From: Lama guanicoe
Taxonomy: Eukaryota
Length of the DNA: 64,000 bases
Assembly (NCBI GenBank): GCA_013239625.1
Contig: MU053873.1
Coordinates: 3,640,273-3,704,272, forward strand
Reading direction: 5' to 3'
Shown here: positions 43,130-57,500 of the stretch, one piece after another
Layout: every line of letters starts with the position of its first letter
Numbering within the stretch: the stretch's first letter is position 1
The notes under the pieces: model-generated
What the model saw: only the letters and a program-made list of their open reading frames with translations
Database searches by the model: none
Told to the model about the DNA's origin: nothing
Position numbers and translations under genes: made by a program

Positions 43130-43650
43130 TCTTAAAAAGTGAAACCGTATGATCCAGCCCTTCCACTCCTAAGTGTTTAGCCACGAGAAAAGAGAACAGA
43201 TGGTCACAGAAGCTTTATTTGCAATGGCCCCCAAACTGGAAACATCCCAAATGCCCATCAAAGGGTGAATGGATAAGCAAATGATCGGTAACCCTACAAT
43301 GGGATACCACCCTGCAGGAAAAAGGGGTGGACTGTTGATCATGTGTGACCACACTCATGAAGCTCAAATTATTCCGAGTGAAAGAAGTCAGACCAAAAAA
43401 AACAGCAGTGGCTCCATTTACATAAAAATCTAGAAAATGCAAATGAATCTGTAGTAACTGAAAGCAGGTCAGTTGCTTGAGGGGAGGAGGGGGCAGGCAG
43501 GCGGATCGCCAAGAACAATTTGCCTGTGCTGGAAATGTTCGTTACCTTTATTGAGATGACAGTTTCAACAGGTGTACACACCTTGTCAAAGCTCACCTGC
43601 TTAGACACTTTAAATATGTCCAGTCAATTATACCTCAGTAAAGCCGTTTC
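43130..43650 (+). mobile_element. Old L1 (L1M-type) 3' fragment
   Basis: ccaaactggaaacatcccaaatgcccatc...gtcaattatacctcagtaaagc. Confidence 0.7.
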
Positions 43651-44019
43651 AGAAGAATTAAAACTGCAGAAACCATCAACCACAAACCAATTATATGTAG
43701 ACGTTAGGAGCTTTTTTCTCTCTATTAAACAGACTAAATGAAAATACCTTTTAAGAACTTGAATTGCTGGGGATTTTCGTCCTTTTTCTGCTGCTAGGTG
43801 GACAAATCAGGGCGGAGAAAGAAGCAGGGACCATTATGGGAGAGACTGAGGGGGTTTCTATGAACATTTTTTAACTCTTAGTAATTTCTTAATAAAGCAA
43901 ACAGTCTTACATAGGAAAGCCATATCCCTCCTCCTATGAGCACAGAAAAAAAATAAATTCCTAACCATTATATTTGCAAACCGTATTTAACCCCAAGGAA
44001 CAGGAATCACAGCCCATTA

Positions 44020-44328
<309 letters not shown>

Positions 44329-45140
44329 TCAGGGACATCAAAGAAACACTGTCCAGTTTCCTTTGAGAAGGGGCATGTCTTTACCAGTTGCCAAATCTCT
44401 CGGACCCGGTGGAGACAGCCTACCTTAAACACAGCATCATCCGGGGAGCAGGAGCCCCAGGCTTGGGTGAAGAGACCTGGGTGCTAGTCCCCCAGCTCTG
44501 CTGCCTCCCCACTGAGGGAGCTTGGGTCAGGCTTGTGACCTCACCTGAGCTTCTGTCTCTTCATCTATAAAACGGGGATAATTAACACCTCCCCATAGTC
44601 TGTTGTAGGGCGGATGAGAGGCTACCCAAAGCCCTAATAGCTACATGAGGGTGTTTGGAGAAGAGTGAAGATGACCCGGGATGGATGATGAATGGTTGCA
44701 ATCCCAGGCGCAACAGCCCGACTGCAGATCGACCACGGGACCATGGACTCAGGGGCAGTGGGGAGTCAGGGAATGTGTGGGGGCACGGGTGTGTCTCTGC
44801 CTCTCTGGATGACCTTGGCCCAGTCATTGTCCCTCTATGGGCCTGATTCCCCACTGCAAAGGGGATGAAGGAGAAAGGGGAGTTCTGGAGCTAGAATTTT
44901 TCCATCTCTAAAGAGTTCTCCAGGGTAGATGCCCAAAGATTAGCTCGGGGAGGTGAGAGAAATCAAACCCCTTAAAGCTGACCCACACGTAGCAGTCCAA
45001 GGTCTGCCTTCTGGGAGGCGTGAGCATGAGCTGTTTCTAAACTCCAAGCCTCTGTTTTCCCATCTGTCTTATGGGAATAACCCAGGGCACTAGGGGTGGA
45101 GTAGGGTGTGGGGGAGGCCCCTTTCTTTGTTTTCTGAATT

Positions 45141-45291
45141 CAGGGGTTCTCAAGCCTGACTGCACATGAAAATCACCTGGGAAGCTTTTAAAAAACTACC
45201 AAGATCTGAGCCCCTCCCCAGATCAAGTGAATCAGAACCTCTTGGGGTAGGTCATTTTTCCGGGTCATTCTAAACGCCGGGAACCACTGGT
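45141..45291. mobile_element. MER5-like hAT element
   Basis: caggggttctcaa...aatcacctgggaagct...gaaccactg terminal inverted repeats. Confidence 0.6.
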
Positions 45292-46112
45292 CTAACCCTG
45301 GCTGAGCTGGTTGCCCTGGTTCCCAGGGCCGGGAGGGCAGTCTGCCCAGAGGTCCCGCCCCCTGGAAGCTCCCTCCCAGCCAAAGTATGTCAGCGGCATG
45401 TACACTATTAACGAGTTGGTGGGCACACCTGGTGCAATCTCCCTGTCGTAGCTGGGAAGCCACTTGTGGAAAAACAAAGACAGGGATGTCAGAGGCCAGG
45501 CCAAGCTTAGAAAATCATCATTAACCAACAGGATTAATCGTATCATATTGAAGGCTTCCCTTGGGTCAAGCGATTTCCAGCACTACCTCTTTTGAGTCTT
45601 TGCCTTAATCCTTTAAGGCAGGTCTGAGCATCATCTCCGTCTTGGAGATGAAGAAACTGAGGCTTCAGAGGGGAAGTGACATGCCCAGGTTATCGCCACC
45701 CATCTGATCTTATTTTTTGGGTCACTCATGGAGGTTTCAGCCACATATTCAGTGTCCTCAGACTTTAGGAAAGGAAAGTTTAGCTATAGAGACAGGCTGA
45801 GCTGGAATTACACCGGGCTCCCTACTTCCTGACGACCCTTCACCTTTCCTGTCCACATCTGTGAAATGGGCACGCTACCTTCCCCTGTAAAGTGCAAAGT
45901 GGGGAAGGGACGAATGGAGCTCCCGGCCTGGCTGTGGGCACATACCTCAGCTTCCCCATCTGACAAATGGGAGCGAATGTCACTTCCTCTTGGGACTGTG
46001 GGTAAATCACCAGGTAAGCCTGACACCCTGCAGTTTCCTTTCCCAAGGGGTCTCTAGTAGGGGGGCTGAGGCTCTCCAGGGGTAGGGGAAGCCCGTGGAA
46101 TATTCCCACTTA

Positions 46113-47765
<1,653 letters not shown>

Positions 47766-47794
47766 TTAAAAAATGATGCCCCGGGTGAAAACAA

Positions 47795-47853
47795 NNNNNN
47801 NNNNNNNNNNNNNNNNNNNNNNNNNNNNNNNNNNNNNNNNNNNNNNNNNNNNN
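47795..47853. other. Assembly gap (59 N) flanked by A-rich sequence
   Basis: Run of N in the sequence. Confidence 0.99.
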
Positions 47854-49622
47854 AAAAAAAAAAAAAAAAGTAAATCTAAGATTTAAGATTCAGTTAGTGC
47901 CTGGGTTGAAAGCAGAGATTTGGGGAAATGGGATCAAGAGACCAGAGCCCTGGGTCTGGTCAGTAGCTCCCCACTGACTTCACCGGGCAAGCCTGGGCCA
48001 GTCTCTCTGCCCCTCAGCTCTGGGCAAGGGCAGTGGACTAAATGGCCCGATTTTGAAGTTCACTCCAGCTCAAAGGATACGGAAAAGGTGCCAACATTCT
48101 CCAGGGTTCTCCTGGCTCCCCTAATCCCAAGGCCAGCCTTTAGTGTGAAAAGTGATGATGTCTGCTGTACAGGTATGGAAACCAGCTCAGAGAGGCCAAG
48201 TAACTGGCTCAAAGTCACTCAGAGAGTAAGAGGCAAAGTTGGGATTCGAACCCAGGTCGGACTCCAAACTCACACGATGCAGTCCGGCATGAGCCCCAGC
48301 GAGAGTCCTGCCACCTGCAGTATCTTCCCATTTCAGAGCCTGCCAGAGTCAGGCGTCCTAGCCTTGTCACCATCCACTGGTGAGTGCCAAGCACAGAGAG
48401 GTTATGTGACCAGCCCCAGCTCACACAGCCACTGGAAGCCAGTGTTCCCAAGGTCACAAAGTTGATCACCGTCCCTTATCTCTCCCCTCCCCAGTCCTTC
48501 CAGAAGCCATAAAAAAAAAAAAAGCCCTCCCTCCTTATTTTTCACTCCACCTGCTGTTATTATGTGTTTGCTTTTGGGTTCTTTTCGGTTGAATGCCGAA
48601 AACATGCTGGCTGCCTTCGCAGTCTTAGTACGAAGAGTAACAGCTAACGGGGAGAGCTGACCATGGGCGAGGACTCCGGCAAGCCAAGCGCATTCCACGT
48701 TTTACAAATCACATCCTCCTCACAACCTTGTGGGGGTGGGGCATGTGATTATCAGCCCCAGTTTTGCAGCAGCTCAGGCAGAAGCCCCTGGTTCATCCAG
48801 CCGCGAGCTCTGCTCTCTCAAAGCAGGAGAGCTCTCCTTTCTCATTCATCCTCCCACAACCCCAAGAGGCAGGGATTCTCATGATCTCCGCTATGGAGAT
48901 GAAGGGAAAGGGCCCAGAGAGGTCGCCCGACTTGCCAGCCATCACACAGCCTGAAACTCCATCTCAAGTCCTGGACCCATTCAACTCTGCCTTTTAAAAA
49001 ATCGTGTCTTATTCCTTTCCGGTCTTCCAAAGTGCCAGACAAGTTGCTGTTCGTGATTCCTTCCCTGACCTTGGCTCCAAGCTCACATCAGTGTTCTCTT
49101 TCCCCACAGAACTGCCCCCAGCCTGCACCTGTCTAGATGCACTAAAAGTGGAAGGTATTTTAGTTCCACGCAAGCCTCCCGCTTCCCTTCCGGGGGCCCC
49201 ACCCTGCTGCCCCCGGCTCTGACTCACTCAGCAGCCTGCAGGAAAGAAAGGCAGACAGATTTTTGATATTTTCTCTTCCTTATACGCTCGATGGTGCTAA
49301 ACAGATTCCTTCTCCTCAAAGCGGAGAACACTGTCTAGACAGGGTGACACGCAGAAGAGAGGGAAAGAAATGGAGACTCGGAAAATCAGAATTGGGAGGA
49401 ACCGCCTGCAATGATGGGGCGGAGTTCTAAGGGTCCTGCCCCAAATCACAACTGTTCATCGTTAGAGCCAGTCCCCATGACCTCTGGGAACCCTGCTCTG
49501 GGACATGGATGTAGCCTGAACATGAGACACAGGACAAGAACAGGATGCAAAAGACAGAGAGAAAATTCCCTGGCGGAACCCGCAGGAGCCCTGCACCCCC
49601 TGGACCTTCCAGCCCCACTTAC

Positions 49623-49774
49623 CGGAGCTGGCAGGTCCTGGCTGGGAACGCGTGACCACCGGGGGAAAGCCAGGAGTACCACGTCCCATGGCAAACCGGG
49701 CTGTCCGCACACTCCCGCGGCAGAAGCCGGAGGGGGAGGGGAGGCTCGTCCCAGCAGGCTGAGTTTCGGCAGGT
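49623..49774 (-). other. KIAA1671: Probable KIAA1671 5' UTR exon (152 nt)
   Basis: Acceptor ccctgtgtctccccag|ACC and strong donor CCG|GTAAGT; GC/CpG-rich and not repeat-like; ~1.9 kb upstream of the first coding exon. Confidence 0.7.
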
Positions 49775-52700
49775 CTGGGGAGACACAGGGCGACAGCCTC
49801 GGTTCCGGAGTTTTGGCAGTATGTGCACAGACGGCGCAAAAGCTTTTGAGCTCCAACTGCATCCGCTGGCATCTCCTCCAGCTTGTAAAACTCACGCCTC
49901 TCTTGGCTTTTCAGTACTGCAGCCTTACAGAGACACGTGGGCATCCAGGGTGCGGAGCCACAGTAGGTGCTCAGTAAAAATCTCCCCTGTCTCTCTGATA
50001 CATGATTCTTGAGCACCTGCCAGGTGTACAAGGATGAGTAAGAAATATCCCCTGCATTCAGGGAATCCAGAATCTTGTGTGAGAAACACATGCACAAGTA
50101 ATGACAACCCGGGGCAATAAACATCGTGGTTTATAAAGGGGGACACGGGAGCAGAGGAAAAGGAGGGTTAACTGCCTAGAATTGGGAGTGGTGGTCCCGG
50201 AAGGCTTCCTTGGCTTAGAGGGAGGTAACTCCTGAACACTCAAGGAGCTGGCTAACTTGGGAGCCGTTTCTCCAGCACTACTGGGACACTGCACCTCTTG
50301 GAGGTCCTCAAACACCACCACAGGGCCTTTGCATATGCTGTTCCTGCTCTCTGGGATACCCCTGTCGCTACGCACAGACACAGGTTGACCCCTAAGATCA
50401 CAGTTCAGATACAGCAGCCCCTCTCCAGCCCAGTACAACCTCCCTCTTAAACATCCACGGAGACCCACAGACACTCTACCAGACTCATCACAGCCATACA
50501 GTTACATTTCCTAGTGCACGACCCCTCACTTCTCATCAATGGTAAGCCCCCAGAGGGCACCCTGAATCGCCAGGAACCAGCACAGAGGCCTGGCAGCTGA
50601 CAGCACCAAACACGTAATAATTGAGTGAATAAATAAACGAAGGAAGAAATATTCTCTTGGCCCTTCTAAGATTCTGAATAAGCATAGGGGTCCCGAGTGC
50701 ATGGGACCTAGGACGTAAGATGCGTCAGTTCCTCTGGCTCTGGCCAGTTCTGGCACAGCCGTAGGTCAACGGCTGCTGAATGACAGAACCAAAGAGCTGT
50801 GAAGAGCTCAGCTGGACGCTGGACCTGCGGACCTCACCTGACCACAGGGAGGCGCTCCACCGCCCGGGATACCCACTGTCAGACACCTGCTGGGACCACA
50901 TGAACCCGATTTGGTCACACCAGCTCATCTGCCCAAAGGTGCAAGGAAGGAATGCTTCTCTGTACAGCCACGCCTGGGAGGAACCACCGAGAGCAATGTG
51001 GCTGAATCACGATCGATGGTTCACAAATATCGCCCCACTTCGAGATCCCTGAACCCATCTCAGCGGCTACACTGCAAAGGGAAGGGAAAAGGAGAAAGAA
51101 GGCTCTGGGTCCACACCCCTCTTAATCAGAACGGTGTCTCTGTTATCTGTAATCCCCTTTCTATCTTGGGCTCCCTCTTGAGTTTCCATTTAAAACGTCA
51201 GGCAGATGCCTGGTATAGAAACATGGTTGCGTGAGCGAATCAATGAATGGATGAACGAGCCAATGAACAACGCGGGGGATAAAAAGGGTTAAACCACCAT
51301 CGTGGACGGCTAACTAAATATTTTGCAGTCTTTCCCACACCTAGAAACCCCTGATTCTCACGTTTTCCTTTTAACCTGTTGTAAAATCCAAGGAAACCCG
51401 ATGGAAACCTAAACCTCACTTTAACTGCATCACATACATTACGCTTAATTTGAGAAATGTTAGTCTCTTCCAAAACATTGCAGAAGCCCACTTACGCAGA
51501 GGACAGATGCTGTTTATTCTTGGGGTGGCCTCGCTCGTTCTTTTTAAATATATTAGCACGGTGGCCAAAGCCAGGTAAACAAGAGCTCCCTGAAGAAAGC
51601 AGGCATGTCAAGTGGGCACCGTGTCTGGGTTTATCGACAAATCATCCAGGAGGTCGGCATGGGTGGGGCGGGGAAGGACAGGGAGCAAGGCTGATATGGG
51701 TGGGAGGTCAGGAGGCTGCGGTGGTCCAGGAGGCAGAGGGTGTGGGGGTAGAGGTGGGGGGTGGCAATGGGTGTACCTCTGCTGTCGCTGAACCTGCCAC
51801 GTCTACGGGCTTGATCTCCCCGAATTGATGTGCAAAGTTTGAAATTCCCATTTCCTGCAATTCCCTGCAGAGGAAACCATGTTCCTGGGAACTGAGTCAC
51901 CAAGACCGACAGTTGCTGAAATTAGACAGGATTTCATTCAAGAGCCTTCATTCATCCGTCCTTCTGACCTTCCTTCTACGAGCCAGGCTCCGTGCTGGAT
52001 GCTGGGGGCGCAGCCGTGGAGGCTCGCGGGGAATCCGAGAGGACCTCACCGGGAGAAGGCAGGAGAGGCGCTTCCATTCAGAACCCGTTTGGCAGCCTCT
52101 CTTCCCCCGATTCAGAGGCGTTGATTCATTCTAACAGCTGCTGCTGACATTTCATAATTACACTCCCTAGATCCAATCAGGGGGCCCACCGCCATTCACT
52201 CGGCCGTCTCTAAATGCCGCTTCCTGGGAATGCCACCATCTGGTGAGGGTGTGTGAGCCAGTCCTGACACCTTCCAGCGCCTTCCGGAACGTGACCTGCG
52301 CGCCCGAATCTGCAAATCCACCCCGTGTGGCGCTCGGTGGGAAGGGCCAAGTGCATGCCCAGGCCCCCCCCGGAGAGCAGGGCTGCGGTACACACGCTTG
52401 TGCTTCGTCCACCCACAGGTCCCGGATGGAAAGGGCCCAATGTCTAATGTCACCGGAGTGTGGGCATCCTCCCCCTCCAGCCCCGGGGCTGCGGCCCTAG
52501 CGCATTCATTCGTTCACTCACTCATTCATTCATTCATTCCAACACACAATTATTGAGCACCTACTATATACCAGGCCCAGGGGACATGGCAATGAACAGA
52601 ACACAAAGCAAGCCCTGTTCCCACGGAGCTGACAATCATGAAGGTGGGAACAGATGACAAACAGCATAAACACACAAGAGGCAGAGCACATCAGGTAAGT

Positions 52701-54744
52701 GAGTTTCCTGCTGGAGACTCCTCCAATCTCTTCCAGCAGCAGCCGAGTGATTCTCCCATACGCAGGTGCCACCATGTCACCCCGCCCTTCTCAAAGCCCA
52801 TGAGCATCTCCCCACTGCCCTCTGAATGAAGATCAAACTTCCTCTCCGAGGCCCGGCAAGATCAGCACCCTCTTTGTCTCTCCAGCTTCAGCCTCATGAT
52901 TGACACCTCCGCCTCTTTCTGTCTCTCACATCAGCACGTGAACCCTAGACAGGTCACAAAACTCACTATGCTCTTCCTCATCTTCATGCCTCTACACTGT
53001 CATTTCCTACCTCCTGGCCAATCTCTCTGCATCGCTTGGTTCTCAGCTCCAAGTAGCCACCTCCTCCAGGAAGCCTTCCCTGATGCCCCAGGGCGGGTTC
53101 AGGAGCCTATTCTCTGCTCTGGTACCTAACTCCTGGAGCTTCTAGCCCAGCGTTGATCCCACAGGTGGTGATTGCCTGTTTCCTGCACTAAACTGGGAGC
53201 TTCTTGCCCGGAGAGTCCTGGGTCTGGTTCACAGCTGTATCCCCCGGGTCTGATGCTGTACTGTGACATAAAGTCAGTGTGCAAAAAAATACCTCCAAGG
53301 AGAGGACCCCTGAGAGTAGAAAACAATAATATCCAATGCAGGCGAGGATGTGGGAAAACTGACACGCTCATCTCCTCCCAGGGACAATGCAAGTCATAAA
53401 AGCAATTTGCCAACATTCACTTCCAACTGATACTTTGTGAGACCCATCAAGAGTCAGACACCATACTTACTGTGTGACCCTGCACCTTCTACCTTCTCTC
53501 ATTTAATATTCTCAACAATCTTGTGCTTTTCAAATTATTCCCACCACCTTTCTAGAGATGAGGAAGACAAAGCAGATCACACGCTGGTGAGGGGTAGTGA
53601 GGGGGCTGAAATCTCTTGACTACAAATCAGGTGTTTTTCCCACATATACCTCCCCCCAGAAACATTCATTTTGGACTCAGGAATCCACTTCTAAAAACGC
53701 ATCCTATGGAAGCAATCTACGGGAAGAGAAAGCCAGGTACACAAAGATGTTCACTACAGCGTTATTCATCCATGGGCAGCAATAATGCACCCTGGATTTA
53801 GGGTGATAATCCTTATTTGAAAAAACACAGGACTCACAAGCCATTTGAAATGTCACAAAAGTTGCAAAAAAAAAATGTCAGCAGGTACACCAGAGCTCTG
53901 GTTCCCAGCCTGTCCACAAACGGTACATTAAACGCCTGTGATCAGAAAAGATGGGTTGGTTGCCATGGCTACAACGGCAAAAACCTAGAAATAATCCATA
54001 TTCTCCACAGAAGGGGAGAGCATCTCACCACATGTAAGGGACTATTCTGCATCTCTTGAAAGTGAGGGGTGGGGGGCCTACACAGGAAAGCGGAAAGAAT
54101 TTATGAGAATCGTATTGGAGGGAGGGTGGCAGATGCGATATCTTTTTGTATTCAAGGCTGTGACAATGGCAAGGACTGTTTATACAACTGGTCAAGGTCT
54201 GGAAGAGAAAAGGGACCAAGTAGGGGGAAAAAAGTGTTAAGGGACAATGAGGGGGGAAAAAAGTGCTGGGGACCTAGGGTGGAATTGCTAAATTTTAAGA
54301 TTCCCTTTTATTTTGAGATTCCTTTTTAATGTTGTTTGGGCAAACAGATTTCTTTTTATGTCTTAATACCGAAGTATCCCTGTGAGCTGGGTTCGCCCCA
54401 TCAGTTCAAAATGTAGAGGTACCAAGGCTCTCTCTGGCCCACTTTCTGAGCTTTCAAAAGCGGAGACTAAAGATAACTATGATTTATTAAGCACATGCTC
54501 TATGCCACGGACTGTGTTAAGTGCTTTACAAGGATGCTTTCAGGTAGTCCCCTTAACGATCTGAAGAAGCAGGTCTTATTCTGAAGCCCGTCTTACAGGG
54601 GAGAAAACTGAAACTGAAAGAGTGATGGGACCCGCCTGGGGGCGGTGGGAGTTATGCTGATCCACACCCCTGCCCTGGTAAGGTTTCTTCCAAAGTTCAC
54701 AAGGGCTTCACTACAGCAACTGTTTTTTATAGTATTCAAATGTA

Positions 54745-55445
54745 AAGGACACTTCACACCCATGAGAGTAGCTATCATTAAAAAAAAAAAATCAGCGTTG
54801 TTGAGGATGTGGAAAACTGGAACCTCTTGGTGGGAATGTAAAATGGTGCAACTGCCCAGGAAAACTGTATGGTGGAGCCTTAAAAACTAAATACAGAATG
54901 ACCATGTGACCCAGTGATCCCACTCAGTTACATACCCACAAGTACTGAGAGCAGGGGTCAGACAGATACTTGCCCACCAGTGTTCAAAGCAACATCATTT
55001 AGAGCAGTCAAAAGGGGGAAACAATCCAAATGTCTATTGATGGATGAAGAGATAAACAAAATACAGATAAACAATGGGATATTATTCAAGCCTTACAGAG
55101 GAAGGAAACTGACACATACAAAATGGATGAATCTTGAGGACCTGATGCTAAGTGAAACAGGACAGACACAGAAGGATTCCACTTATATGAAGTACCCAGA
55201 GTAGTCAAATTCATAGAGACAGGAGTAGAACGGTGGTTGCCAAGGGCTGGAGGGTGAAGAGAATGGGGCTTTATTGTTTAATGAGTATGGAGTTTCAGAT
55301 GAGATGATTTAAAAAAAAATTCTGGAGATGGATGGTGGTGATGGTTGAGTAACAGTGTGAATGGACTTCATGCTACTCTAGTGCACACTTAAAAATAGTA
55401 AGGTGATAAATTTTATGCTGTGTGTATTTTACCACAATAAAAAAA
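54745..55445 (+). mobile_element. Old L1 (L1MB-like) 3' fragment
   Basis: ORF2-end-like peptide (HFTPMRVAIIKK...WWECKMVQL) followed by L1 3' UTR and A tail. Confidence 0.75.
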
Positions 55446-56144
55446 GAAGGCAAGAAACTAAAAACAAATATAAAGGAAACCTAATGCTTAAGCTCTAATT
55501 ACCATGTGATTCAGCTCACTGGGACCCATGTCCTTTAGGCAAATCTCCATTAAAAGCCCTCGTGGTCCACACTGGGCTATGCCCCAGTCCGTACCAGAAA
55601 TGCAGTGGGAAGCAAAGGAGACCCTGTTCCTGATCACAACAGGTGACACAGTCTAGTGGAGGGGGAAGAAATGAAACACCATAAAATTTGGGGAGTGCCC
55701 TGATGGGGGCAGAAAGTGAGGCTGTAAAAGCACAAAGGAGGAGTAGTCAGGGATGCCTTCCTGGAAGAAGTGGCATCTCAACTGAGATTAGTAGGAGTCA
55801 GCCAAGCAGAGGAGGAGGTTGGATCCAGCAGGGGGAACAGCATGTGCAAAGGCCCAAAGGTACAGGAGAAACACAGTCTTATACTGTGAGCTTGTTCATC
55901 TATGCTCCTTGAGACAACATGGAGCTATGTTGGTGAAAAGTCTGAGAGGCAGAACTTCCTAAAAATTGGGCACTTTTTTCAATCTGAGTCAGAGTCACAC
56001 TGGAAGGTACAAAACACTGCTCTGAGAATCAGAACTGGATGGTTTTAGTCAAGGTGACCACACATTCTAGTTTACCTGGGACAGAACACATTTGTTCCCA
56101 AAAGTACCCAAGTTTGGACAACAAATTATTCTGTCATCCTATTT

Positions 56145-56385
56145 TTTTTAAATTGTGGTAGAAATCAATAACATGAAATTCATCATTTCAACCATTTCAA
56201 AGCGTGCAGCCAGTGGCATTTAGTAAATTCACAGTGTTTTGCAACCATGGTCACTATCCAGTTCCAAACCATTTTCATCACCCCGAAGGAAATCCTGTAC
56301 CCATTCAGTCACTTCCCTCCCTGCCTCCCCCAGCCTCTGGCAACCAGCACGCTGCTTTCTGTCTCTGTGGATGTGCCATTTCATA
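56145..56385 (-). mobile_element. L1M 3' end fragment
   Basis: aattgtggtagaaat...tagtaaattcacagtgttttgcaaccat motif, the reverse of an L1MB 3' terminus. Confidence 0.65.
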
Positions 56386-57293
56386 GATGTGGACTCACCC
56401 AGTATCTCTCACCCTAGTTTTGGTCTCAGTTCCTCCACCAACTTGCAGTGAGAGCTTGGACAAGTCCCTGCTTTGCTCTGGACCTCAGTTTCACCACTCG
56501 TGAAAGAAGAGGTCGCTAAATCCCCGTGGTTTTAAAGATTCTGTGATTCTGACTTGGCCCAACCCCAGGATGTATCAGGTCTGTATTATGCAACTCATCC
56601 CCGGAGAAGCCCAACTTTCTGGGCGCTGAGACGTATGTCCTATGTCCCCTGGTTTCCCCCCGATTCCTTCCAAACAACTGGCCGTCAATAAAGGATTGTT
56701 GGGGGACTAAATAAAATTCTCATTCCCTGTGGACAGAAGCAGTGACAGCTGAGGTTCCCACCGAGTGTGCGTGATTTCTGTAAGAACCACCTTACAGCGT
56801 AGCCATGACTTCTGTGTCAGTTTCAAGCCGGAATGAATTAAGAGTTCAGCGCATCTGACGTTCCAGACTCTGGAAAACCGAGGAACAGTCTGAGGGGGCT
56901 TTTCCCAAACTGGCTCCAGACCACCAGATGTGGGAGGGTCACATTCACGCCTGTGAAAAAGGTTTTGTAGTTTATAGAAAGGGTTTGGGAAATGCTGGGT
57001 TCAACAGTGTGTCAACTAATGTCCTTCCGGCAAGGCTTTTCGGAGACTTTGGCGTGCTAATTCGCATTTTTGACACTCTAAAGCATAATCCAAACTGCTT
57101 CACCCTAGCACCCCTTGTCCAGGTGCAACTGCTGATCTGGAGAAAGAATGATCTTCTTGCCTTTATTTAAACATCCGCCTTTTCAGTTTTCATTGGCCTG
57201 TTCCTTCCTACTATTTGTGCTATTTCTGGACTGGCTACAGCACTCACTGAAACCATTAATCAAGCAGCTTTTTTTGGTTTGTTTTTGTCTAGA

Positions 57294-57500
57294 TCAAGGA
57301 TGGGCGGACTGCAGTCTGCAGGCCACATCCGGCCCACTGCCTGCTCTTGTAAATAAAGTTTTATTGGTACACAGACCCGCCCACTCATTTACATGTTACC
57401 TGTGGCTTCTTCCCAGGTATGAAGGCAGACCTGAGTGCTTGCCAGAAAGGCCAAAATATTTACTCTTGGGCTCTTTACAGAAAGAATTTGTGACACCCCT
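57294..57500 (+). mobile_element. MER58A-like hAT element
   Basis: ggccacatccggcccactgcctg...gtaaataaagttttattgg...aaaatatttactc...ctttacagaaa; flanked by similar ctagat sites. Confidence 0.7.
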
